From positions 1-36,132 of the forward strand of contig CAXGWI010000023.1 in the NCBI GenBank assembly GCA_964013405.1: DNA of 36,132 nucleotides. Direction: 5' to 3'. The notes below the pieces were generated by a model. The model was not told the origin of the DNA and did no database searches. It worked only from the letters and a program-made list of their open reading frames with translations. The stretch comes from an uncultured Myxococcales bacterium (GTDB lineage Bacteria; Myxococcota; UBA4151). A program made the position numbers and the translations under genes. This document shows positions 11,074 to 18,771 of this stretch, piece after piece. Position 1 is the stretch's first letter. Each line of letters starts with the position of its first letter.

Positions 11074-12786
11074 ATGGCCGATAGGGAGGTCATCGAGGCG
11101 ATCAAGGAACGAATCGACTTGGTCGAATTGATCGGCGAGACCGTCACCCTCCAAAAACGTGGCCAAAACTTTCTGGGCCTTTGCCCCTTCCACAACGAGA
11201 AGACGCCTAGTTTTAACGTGAGCCCCCAGCGGGGCAGCTACTATTGTTTCGGCTGTCAGGCGAAGGGGGACCTCTTCGACTGGGTGCAAGAGCAGGAATT
11301 CTTAAGTTTCCCTGAGGCCCTCGAGCGTTTGGCTGCCCGGGCTGGGGTCGAGTTGAAGCGTCGGGGCGGTGGGGGCGGTGAGCGGGAAGCCTCGGTCGAC
11401 GATGGGCATCGGCAACGCATGGATGATTGCCGTCGAGTCTGCCGAGATGCGAGCCGCCTGTTCGCTGATGCTTTGGCCGCGCCGGTTGGCGCCGCAGCCC
11501 GTGCTTATCTTCAGGACCGTGGGATCAGCCGAAAGATCATCGAAAGCGCTGGTTTTGGTTTCGCACCGGCCGATGCGCTGAGTCATCTGAACGCCAGCGA
11601 AGACCTCTTGCAAATGGCCGGTCTCTTGGTGGGGCGCCGATTCCTTTTTGCCGACCGGATCGTCCTCCCACTTCGGGATGAGCAGGGGCGCCCTGTGGCT
11701 TTTACTGGCCGGCGCTTCTTGCCCGAGACTGAAGGCGGTAAGTACGTCAACTCGCCGGCGACACCGGTCTTCGAAAAGAGTCGTCTGCTCTACGGGCTCG
11801 ACCGGGCGAGAACGGCCCTGCGCAATCAGCAGCCTCTGATTCTTGTGGAAGGTCCACTGGATGGCCTGGCCCTGGAGCAATACGGCATCGACGGGGCCAT
11901 CGCAGGTTCAGGAACATCCTTGTCAGCCTATCATGCCGAGTTGATCGCCCGGCGGAGTCGGGGCGTGCATCCGGTGCTTCTCTTCGACGGGGATCAGGCC
12001 GGTCGGGATGCGGCGGAGAAGGCGGCCTTTCTCCTCCTCGGTGCTGGCTTAAGCCCCCGGGTTATTCACCTCGCTGACTCGGAGGACCCAGACAGTTGGG
12101 TTCGCTCCGTGGGCGAAGGGGAAGCCCGCCGTCGGATTGAGAATGCACCGGCCGTTCTGGACCAAGTCATCGATGCGCTTAACCGAGCACCGGCCCAGAC
12201 CGTGGACGAGAAGAGTGCCCGGGAGACAGAGGCTGGCCGCTGGCTGGCCCAAATTCCTGATGGCCCCCTGCTCAATGCGTTTTCGGACCGGCTGCTGGAG
12301 CTTCTGGGGCGACTGCCCAGTCTGCCCACGCGGCGTCGCCAGCGACCCCTCGAAGCCGAGATGAATCTTCGAGAGGATCGCCTGGAAGTGCCCCCTCGAT
12401 TACGACAAATGGGTACCGATCGCCCCCGGGTCGCCGCCTTATGGAATCGCTGGTGCATGACCGTCGAAGCGAGCCACGGTGAGCGATTGGCCCAGTGGGG
12501 ACTCGGTATGCCAACGATCCCCTTGAGTGGTGGCTCGTTGGGGCAGCCGGGGGACCGGCAGCTTCATCAGCAAGTCCTCCGTTGTTTGAACCAACTGCAT
12601 ATTCAGGCGATGCGCGTGTTGCGGCAATCTGGTGGTCAAGAAGGGCCGAATCTCGAGGCCCAACAATTGCTCAACCGCCTCTTTCACCGAGCGCAACCAA
12701 GGCGACTTCTTGAAGAACTTGTTCGCATGGATGCGGAACTCGACTTGAAAGCTTTGGATCATGGCGATATGGAGCCGCCGCCTTGA
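11074..12786 (+). CDS. dnaG: DNA primase
   Basis: CHC2 zinc finger 'GLCPFHNEKTPSF...CFGC'; 'KYVNSP'; TOPRIM motifs 'LVEGPLD', 'FDGDQAG' and 'DPD'. Confidence 0.95.
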   Translation: MADREVIEAIKERIDLVELIGETVTLQKRGQNFLGLCPFHNEKTPSFNVSPQRGSYYCFGCQAKGDLFDWVQEQEFLSFPEALERLAARAGVELKRRGGGGGEREASVDDGHRQRMDDCRRVCRDASRLFADALAAPVGAAARAYLQDRGISRKIIESAGFGFAPADALSHLNASEDLLQMAGLLVGRRFLFADRIVLPLRDEQGRPVAFTGRRFLPETEGGKYVNSPATPVFEKSRLLYGLDRARTALRNQQPLILVEGPLDGLALEQYGIDGAIAGSGTSLSAYHAELIARRSRGVHPVLLFDGDQAGRDAAEKAAFLLLGAGLSPRVIHLADSEDPDSWVRSVGEGEARRRIENAPAVLDQVIDALNRAPAQTVDEKSARETEAGRWLAQIPDGPLLNAFSDRLLELLGRLPSLPTRRRQRPLEAEMNLREDRLEVPPRLRQMGTDRPRVAALWNRWCMTVEASHGERLAQWGLGMPTIPLSGGSLGQPGDRQLHQQVLRCLNQLHIQAMRVLRQSGGQEGPNLEAQQLLNRLFHRAQPRRLLEELVRMDAELDLKALDHGDMEPPP

Positions 12787-12792
12787 ATCAGG

Positions 12793-12867
12793 GGGCCCGT
12801 AGCTCAACGGTAGAGCACTCGGCTCATAACCGACGGCGTCCAGGTTCGAATCCTGGCGGGCCTACCA
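12793..12867 (+). tRNA. tRNA-Ile2 (anticodon CAT, lysidine-modified); tRNA-Met less likely
   Basis: Cloverleaf: acceptor GGGCCCG/CGGGCCT, D arm GCTC/GAGC, anticodon loop CTCATAA (CAT at 12825-12827), T arm CCAGG-TTCGAAT-CCTGG, A73, encoded CCA. C4:G69 and C5:G68 are TilS determinants, and the initiator features (C1:A72 mismatch, three G:C anticodon pairs) are absent. Confidence 0.9.
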
Positions 12868-12880
12868 TCGTAGGAAGGAT

Positions 12881-13687
12881 GTGCTGACTTTGAGCACCGA
12901 ATTGCAGAATCTCGCGGCGCTACAAGCAACCCAGGACCGAATTGATGAGGCGCTGTCGGCCCTCGATGAGCTCAAGGCGGAAGTTCAGGAGCACAGCGCG
13001 ACCCAGGCAGAATTGCTGAAGAAGCGTAATGATGTTCAGGATCGTTTCGATACGGCGCAGCGGGCTTGGCAGGACCTCGAATCCGGTGTGGCGAGCCGGA
13101 AGGAGGAGCTTCGACAGTGGGAAAACCGGATGAACGGTCTTTCCGATTGGCGCGAGCAACAGGCTCTACAGGCAGCGATTCGTGACCAGAAGCGACAGAT
13201 CGAATATGGTGAGCGAGATATTCGTGAAAAGGTCGAGCAGGTCACGGCCCTCGAAGACGAATACAACGGCGCTCAGGAAGCTCTTGAGGATGTCGAGCGC
13301 AAGGTTGCTGATGGTGAAGCAGCCTATGCTGGTCAGCGGCAAGAGATCGAAGACAACCTGGCGGCGGAATATCAAACTCGGGATGAACTTCTGGCCGCGT
13401 GCCCCGCAAGTGAGCGCCGCCGGTGGGAGAACTTCAGCCGACGGTCCCAATCTAAGGTGGTTGTGACTGCCCACGATGGCGTTTGTGGTCATTGCCACGT
13501 CAGTCTCTTGCCCATGGACTGGATCGAGGTGCTGAAGAAAGAGAAGCCGGTGAGTTGTACCGGTTGTCAGCGCATTATCGTGCACGAGAGTTTTCTGCAG
13601 ACGGAGACCGATGCCGTTCCGGTGGCAGAGGCAAGCGACGCGTCTGCTGAGCAAGAAGCCGACCAGCCTCAGGCAGAGGCCGGCTGA
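12881..13687 (+). CDS. Coiled-coil protein with C4-type zinc ribbon (zf-RING_7; HP0958/CT398-like)
   Basis: A long heptad coiled coil followed by 'CGHCHVSL...CTGCQRII'. It occupies the usual position between the tRNA and rnpB. The start may instead be TTG 12890. Confidence 0.88.
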   Translation: MLTLSTELQNLAALQATQDRIDEALSALDELKAEVQEHSATQAELLKKRNDVQDRFDTAQRAWQDLESGVASRKEELRQWENRMNGLSDWREQQALQAAIRDQKRQIEYGERDIREKVEQVTALEDEYNGAQEALEDVERKVADGEAAYAGQRQEIEDNLAAEYQTRDELLAACPASERRRWENFSRRSQSKVVVTAHDGVCGHCHVSLLPMDWIEVLKKEKPVSCTGCQRIIVHESFLQTETDAVPVAEASDASAEQEADQPQAEAG

Positions 13688-13694
13688 GATCTCG

Positions 13695-14049
13695 GAGGTG
13701 TGGGGCCGCGGGGATGACCGCTGGCTTCGATTGAAAGCGGGAGGAAAGTCCGGGCGCCACAGGGCAGGGTGCAGGCTAACGGCCTGTCAGGGTAACCTGA
13801 AGGAAAGTGCCACAGAGAACAGACCGCATCGGCCTCGGCCGGTGCAAGGGTGAAACGGTGCGGTAAGAGCGCACCGCGCCCCGGGAGATCGGGGCGGCAC
13901 GGTAAACCCCACTCGGCGCAAGGGAGGACAGATGGCTAAGGTGGCCCGTCTCGTCTGTCCGTTCAAACCGCTGGCGACTGCAGGTAACTGCAGCCCTGGA
14001 TGAATGGTCATCGTAACAGAACCCGGCTTATACCGCGACCCCGCTCCTC
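13695..14049 (+). ncRNA. rnpB: RNase P RNA, bacterial type A
   Basis: Conserved GAGGAAAGTCCGGG, GGAAAGTGCCACAGA, GGGTGAAACGGTGCGGTAAGAGCGCACC, GGTAAACCCC, GATGAATG and ACAGAACCCGGCTTA. P2 is GATGACC/GGTCATC, and the two ends are complementary (P1). Confidence 0.96.
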
Positions 14050-14055
14050 TGGGAT

Positions 14056-14096
14056 CTCGACGGCTACCGTCGAGCCGAGAATCTAGAGTTTTCGGT
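14056..14096. terminator. Tandem hairpins between convergent rnpB and the YceI gene
   Basis: CTCGACGG-cta-CCGTCGAG (14056-14074) followed by GCCGAGAA-tctagag-TTTTCGGT (14074-14096). Confidence 0.5.
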
Positions 14097-14190
14097 GAAC
14101 CGGCAGCAGCCTGGTCTTGATGTCGTCGACATGTCCCAATTCAGGGGGGGCACCACTGGGGCAATCTGCGCCGGCCGGCAGGCCCGCCTC

Positions 14191-14898
14191 CTAATTCCCG
14201 GCCTTGGCCCTTAAGTCGATATCGAGGACCACCTCATCCCGGATGAGGTTGTCCGGCTTGCCTTTATATTCGATGCCCCATTTCTTCCGGTCGATGTCGA
14301 ACCGAGCTCGAGCGGAGAAATTCCCCTTCTCGTTGTTGATCTCGGCTGGAAAGGTGACCGTATTCGAGATGCCGCGCATCGTGAGCACACCGGTGACACT
14401 GGTCCCGGCCGAGGTGGTCTCAATCTTTTGGCTCGTGAAGGTGGCCTGGGGGTATTTATCAACCTCCAAGAAGTCCGGATCTTTCATGTGCTTCTCGAAC
14501 TTCTCAGTCCACTTGTTTCGGTCATCCCAATCGCAAAACAGAGAGGCGGTTTCGACGGTGAAAGCCAAGGCGGCTGAGGTGATTTTGCCATCGGCCCCGG
14601 GCGTGAGGTCGCCTGTCCATTTGTCGAATCGGCAGGTGTGACTACCGGTGACCTTACTGCCGGTAAAATGGATGTGACCAATCAGGGAGGCCTTCGTGAG
14701 CCCAGGCTGGTCAGCGCCATCGACTGCTGGCGCGGTGGGCGCTGCCGCCGGCGGCTCACCTTCGGGGGGAGGTGTGATGGTGACCGTCTCCTTAGGCGCT
14801 TCTTTCGGTGCCGGAGCGACCGCTGCCGAAGGGGTTGAGTCGGCGGGGTTTTCGGCGCAGGCGAGAACGAGGATGAGGGATGCGGCAGACAGGCGCAT
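14191..14898 (-). CDS. YceI family (polyisoprenoid-binding) lipoprotein
   Basis: ATG 14898 with AAGGAG RBS; lipobox 'VLAC'; Pro/Ala linker; motifs 'FTGSKVTGSH', 'HMKDPDFLEVDKYPQATF', 'GVLTMRG' and 'IDRKKWGI'. Confidence 0.9.
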   Translation of the reverse strand: MRLSAASLILVLACAENPADSTPSAAVAPAPKEAPKETVTITPPPEGEPPAAAPTAPAVDGADQPGLTKASLIGHIHFTGSKVTGSHTCRFDKWTGDLTPGADGKITSAALAFTVETASLFCDWDDRNKWTEKFEKHMKDPDFLEVDKYPQATFTSQKIETTSAGTSVTGVLTMRGISNTVTFPAEINNEKGNFSARARFDIDRKKWGIEYKGKPDNLIRDEVVLDIDLRAKAGN

Positions 14899-14960
14899 GA
14901 TGACTCCTTTGGCAATTTTACCGGGGCACCTTATGGGCTTGTGTGGCAAATGAATAGCGT

Positions 14961-15743
14961 ATGCAGTTCTATCAATTTTCCAATGGGCCTTTTCAGGCCA
15001 AAGAGCGCTTCCTCTCCATCTTCTATCTGATGGCCCTGACCCTCGTTCTTCTCGCTTCAGGCCTCGTGATCGGTGGGGGGCTTATCCTTTTACTCCCCTT
15101 TGGGCGTTGCCGTCGGCTCGACTATGCCAACTGGAGCATGGCGATCTTTGCTGGCCTGTGTCTGCGTGTTTGCGGTCACCGATGGCGGTTTGTCGGCGCT
15201 GGCCTGCCGCAACGACAGGCGATCTTTGTCGCCAACCACAGCTCGACGGTGGACACGTTCTTGATGCCATCATTGTTTCCGCCACGGACCAGCGTGATCG
15301 CAAAGAAGGAGATCATCTGGTTTCCAGTCATTGGCCAATTGGCTTGGCTGGGGAGCTTTCTCCTCATCGATCGAGACAATCCCGACCGCAGCGCGGCCAG
15401 TTTGAAAAGCCTATCGAAGCGGATTCATGAGGACCGGATCAACTTGTGGTTGATGCCTGAAGGGACTCGGAGTCGAGACGGGCAATTGGCGCGGTTCAAG
15501 ACCGGCTTTGTTCATCTCGCGGTCGCGACCGGGCTCCCCGTCATTCCCATCGTTTTGCACGATACCTACCGGCTCTGGCCGGCTGGGACGCTGCGTTGCC
15601 GCCCCGGTGAGGTGTTGGTTGAGGTTCTCGACCCCATCGACACCAGCGCGTGGCGAGCAGCAGATGCCCGGGAGATAGCCGCAACCGTGCGGGAACAGAT
15701 TCGCAAACGCCTTGTCGCCGGGCCGGCGGACGGGCCTCGTTAG
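14961..15743 (+). CDS. plsC: 1-acyl-sn-glycerol-3-phosphate acyltransferase
   Basis: HxxxxD motif 'NHSSTVD', 'AKKEI', 'IDR', 'PEGTRS' and 'FKTG...PVIPI'. Confidence 0.9.
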   Translation: MQFYQFSNGPFQAKERFLSIFYLMALTLVLLASGLVIGGGLILLLPFGRCRRLDYANWSMAIFAGLCLRVCGHRWRFVGAGLPQRQAIFVANHSSTVDTFLMPSLFPPRTSVIAKKEIIWFPVIGQLAWLGSFLLIDRDNPDRSAASLKSLSKRIHEDRINLWLMPEGTRSRDGQLARFKTGFVHLAVATGLPVIPIVLHDTYRLWPAGTLRCRPGEVLVEVLDPIDTSAWRAADAREIAATVREQIRKRLVAGPADGPR

Positions 15744-16051
15744 CGCAGGAGGGTACCCAGCTGCATGGCGAGGGCCATGTTGCCATCCACTTGGAGTCGG
15801 CCGGTCATAAAGAGTTGAGGGCCAGCGACCTCCCCCGAAACCATGGCGATGAAATCCTCGGCAGTGAGCGTGATCGAGCACTCTGCGTCCTCATCGGTTC
15901 CTTCGGCAACGGTTCCATCACCCATGTTTACAATCCACTCGCCGCCACCTTCGCCAGTCAGGTTGAACTGGTAGACAGCCGCGACGGGGCCGCCAGCGGC
16001 CGCTTCTGCCGCTTTGGTGATACGTCCATTGAAGACCTCAGCAGGGGTCAT
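15740..16051 (-). CDS. SCP2 sterol/lipid-binding domain protein
   Basis: 'YQFNLTGEGGGEW', 'ECSITLTAEDF' and 'LFMTGRLQVDGNMALAMQL'. Confidence 0.92.
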   Translation of the reverse strand: MTPAEVFNGRITKAAEAAAGGPVAAVYQFNLTGEGGGEWIVNMGDGTVAEGTDEDAECSITLTAEDFIAMVSGEVAGPQLFMTGRLQVDGNMALAMQLGTLLR

Positions 16052-16130
16052 TTCGCTGCTCCTTAATTGGGTTGGGCGGCAGCATGGGGCCTTGCATAGG
16101 GGACGTCAACCCGGCGCTTGAGGCAGCCCT

Positions 16131-17228
16131 TTATGCCTCGTTTTTTCTCCCCACGCGGAAGTCGGCCGGCCGGCCCTGGAGCCCAAGTCCGAGGGCCCAG
16201 GAGCCGAAGGTCAGCCCCACCGATTGGAAGCCTTGGCCGAGCCGTTGGCTCTGGCTCTGGGCAAGGCCGCTGGCGAAGACGAAGGGAGCGGTCGCTCGCA
16301 GCGCTAAATGCCAACGCCGACTGCTGGGGAAGCCTAAGCGGTCGGCCAGGTCCGCCCCCAGCAGTTGTCGGCTGAGCGCGTAGAGGGCCCGGCTGCTCAA
16401 AAGAAAGGGAGGTTTCGCTTTGAGTGCGTGGATCACTGCATGGGCCAACTGGCGACTGTTGGCGTCGGGGTGTTGAAGGTGGTCGGTCAGTTGGGCTTGA
16501 AGACGGAAGGCTTCCTCCACCATCGCCGGTAGGAGTTCTTCATCCACGCCCATCCAATAGCCGGCGGTACGCCAGAGGTGGTAATAGTCCTGAGTCGCTT
16601 GTCTAGAGACGGCCAAACCCAGTCGCTTCATGCCTTTTAAGACGCCCACATTGAACATGCCGAGGGTGAAGGCCATCTCTGCTTGGTTGATCGGATTTTC
16701 GACCCCGTGTCGGCTTGCATGGTGGCGGACAAACGCGTGGAGCAACCGGACCCGGAGCAGGGTGCGGTGGCCCATGCGTCCGGGGGCCAGGTTGCCCTCC
16801 ACCGCACAGTCGAAGACCATTTGGCCCGTCTCGAAGATACGGCGGGCTGTGCTGTGGGAAAGCCGGCCTGTCTCGGCCAGGATTCGCGCGATGCCAGGGG
16901 CGGTGTAACTCTCGATCAAGCCGCCGACGAGGAAGCTCGCTGAGACAGGCAATGCCTGCATGGCCATGAGCCGCTGACCTCGGCCGACCGCCTCCCAGTC
17001 CACCCAGTCGGGGGGGCTTTCGACATGATGGAAGAAGGCCTCAAGGGCCGCTCGTTGTTGAGGGCTCAGCCGGGCCTTGCGATGCAAGCGGTTAAGTTCG
17101 GTGACGGTGTCTTGGCCCGGACGAAGTTGATGCTCGATCAGGCACTGGATCGCAGCATCGGCGAGGGGGTCAGCCATCGCTTCATAGGGGGCAAAGCCGC
17201 TCGGTTTGGACCAGGGAGGTGCAGGCAT
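16131..17228 (-). CDS. Oxygenase MpaB / latex-clearing protein (Lcp) family, DUF2236
   Basis: 'DPLAD', 'PPDWVD...RGQ', 'TGRL...RRIFET', heme-ligand motif 'RVRLLHAFVR', 'PINQAEM' and 'HLWRTAGYWMGV'. Confidence 0.85.
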   Translation of the reverse strand: MPAPPWSKPSGFAPYEAMADPLADAAIQCLIEHQLRPGQDTVTELNRLHRKARLSPQQRAALEAFFHHVESPPDWVDWEAVGRGQRLMAMQALPVSASFLVGGLIESYTAPGIARILAETGRLSHSTARRIFETGQMVFDCAVEGNLAPGRMGHRTLLRVRLLHAFVRHHASRHGVENPINQAEMAFTLGMFNVGVLKGMKRLGLAVSRQATQDYYHLWRTAGYWMGVDEELLPAMVEEAFRLQAQLTDHLQHPDANSRQLAHAVIHALKAKPPFLLSSRALYALSRQLLGADLADRLGFPSSRRWHLALRATAPFVFASGLAQSQSQRLGQGFQSVGLTFGSWALGLGLQGRPADFRVGRKNEA

Positions 17229-17322
17229 GCCCTTTCATGCCCTCGTTTGTCGGTATTTGTGAAGTCGGGGCCCCGCCGTGGTAGCTTCCTCGTATCGAGC
17301 CCGGCAAAAGGAGGGTGGCCCG

Positions 17323-17964
17323 ATGGCGAAGGACCTATGGCAACAGCGCTGGGATGAGGGCCGTATCGGCTTTCATCTGGACCAGTTCCACCCTTGGCTC
17401 GATCAGTACTGGGCCGAGATCACCGACCAGAGTCACGATCGAGTCCTGGTCCCGTTATGTGGCAAGAGCTTGGACTTGCGCTACCTCGCTGTGGGCGGCC
17501 ACCCGGTGGTTGGGGTCGACATCGTGCCGGACGCCGTCGAGCAGTTCTTTGCTGAGTGGTCGGTCGATCCTACCGTTGCGGCGGGCCCCGGCTACCGACG
17601 CTTCAACGGCAATCGTGTGAGTCTCTATGCGGGTGACTTCTTTGGGGTCGAGCCGGAGGAGGGACTTTGTGATCTTTGGTATGACCGGGCTGCCCTGGTG
17701 GCCCTGCCTCCGTCGGCTCGACCGGCCTACGTCGAGCGGCTGCTGGCGCTCACATCCGCAACGGCATCTGGCCTATTGATCACCTTCGATTATCCTGCCG
17801 ACGAGATGGAGGGGCCACCCTTTGCCCTGCCGGACGAGGAGGTGGCCGCCTTGTTTGCTGACAGTTGCACCGTGGAGCGCTTGGCCCATGAAGACCTCAC
17901 TGCCGACGATGGCCGGGATTTGAGTCGTTGTAGTCGCTCAGCATTTCGGCTGCGCCGACGGTAA
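17323..17964 (+). CDS. tpm: Thiopurine S-methyltransferase family
   Basis: ATG 17323 after AAGGAGG; motifs 'WQQRWDEGRIGFH', 'VLVPLCGKSLD', 'GDFF', 'YDRAALVALP' and 'GPPF'. Confidence 0.9.
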   Translation: MAKDLWQQRWDEGRIGFHLDQFHPWLDQYWAEITDQSHDRVLVPLCGKSLDLRYLAVGGHPVVGVDIVPDAVEQFFAEWSVDPTVAAGPGYRRFNGNRVSLYAGDFFGVEPEEGLCDLWYDRAALVALPPSARPAYVERLLALTSATASGLLITFDYPADEMEGPPFALPDEEVAALFADSCTVERLAHEDLTADDGRDLSRCSRSAFRLRRR

Positions 17965-18633
17965 CTAGCGAAAGTGAACCAGGCCGACGCTGTCGAGGTC
18001 GAAGCCAGCGGTTGGCGCTTCCCCCACCGCACTCACATCGCGAATCCGCAGATAACGGATGCGTTCGAGGCCAAGGTCTTCGAGATCGAAAGCGTCGCCG
18101 CCGCTCCGGTCGGGGTCAAGGGGCGTACTCGCCGCTAAGCCGCTGATCAGCACCGGTGACCAGCCAGCGCAGCCGGGCTGAGGTTCTCCGATCGGCCCGG
18201 GGTCGCAGTCGAAGGTCGACCAGGATTCGCCATCTTCACTCACGCTCACCTCACCCAACTCCTGGAAGGTTTGCCCACTACCACCCCGGACGCGAAAGGC
18301 ATTCTCAAAGACCACGAAGTCCGGGCCCGGGCCGTCAATACAGTCACGGGGCCTGAAGCCGAGGGTGATCGATCCGCCCCGGCCAAGGCTCAGGACATCA
18401 TGGCCACCGCGAAACTCGCCACCGCCCTCGGGGGGCCCCAGGACGATGTCGGGCAGGCGGCTCGCACCGAAGCCAGCCCCGTCTCCTGCTTGAAAGTCCA
18501 CGACCTCCGTGGCGAAGGGCAGTTCCGAATACGCATACGTTGGGCCCGTTTCTGGAGGCTCACGACCGTCTTCACCCTCAAGGGGGGGCGGGCCACAGGC
18601 GATCAAAATGAGCGCAAAAATCCAACGCAGCAC
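17965..18633 (-). CDS. Cell-surface lipoprotein ('cell surface protein'/LIC_13355-like family)
   Basis: GTG 18633 gives the signal 'LRWIFALILIAC'. Motifs 'SLGRGGSITLGF', 'DGPGPDFVVFENAF', 'EVSVSEDG', 'GGDAFDL...RYLRIRD' and 'GFDLDSV'. Confidence 0.75.
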   Translation of the reverse strand: MLRWIFALILIACGPPPLEGEDGREPPETGPTYAYSELPFATEVVDFQAGDGAGFGASRLPDIVLGPPEGGGEFRGGHDVLSLGRGGSITLGFRPRDCIDGPGPDFVVFENAFRVRGGSGQTFQELGEVSVSEDGESWSTFDCDPGPIGEPQPGCAGWSPVLISGLAASTPLDPDRSGGDAFDLEDLGLERIRYLRIRDVSAVGEAPTAGFDLDSVGLVHFR

Positions 18634-18771
18634 GGTTTCTTGGTCTCCTGCCCAGTGATCTCCGCACTCTCTTTTGAGCCAGCAAGCTCGAAGAGTTCCA
18701 GCATAAAATGCCGCCCATGGCTTGTTGCCCGGCCTATCTTTGGCCACACTGTTGCTCCGTAGGAGTTCGAC

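Noticed and set aside
13575..14011. Short ORFs at 13575-13760, 13611-13853 and 13787-14011
   Set aside because: They overlap the RNase P RNA gene and are spurious.
12793..14190. Integrated element at the tRNA or rnpB
   Set aside because: There is no integrase, no duplicated tRNA 3' end and no evident compositional break; the flanking genes are housekeeping.
18634..18771. Cobalamin riboswitch upstream of the cell-surface lipoprotein (minus strand 'CACTGGGCAGGAGACC')
   Set aside because: Only a fragment resembles the B12 box; the GGGAA, T-loop and core elements are not evident, and AGGAG is explained as an RBS. A cmsearch with RF00174 would settle it.
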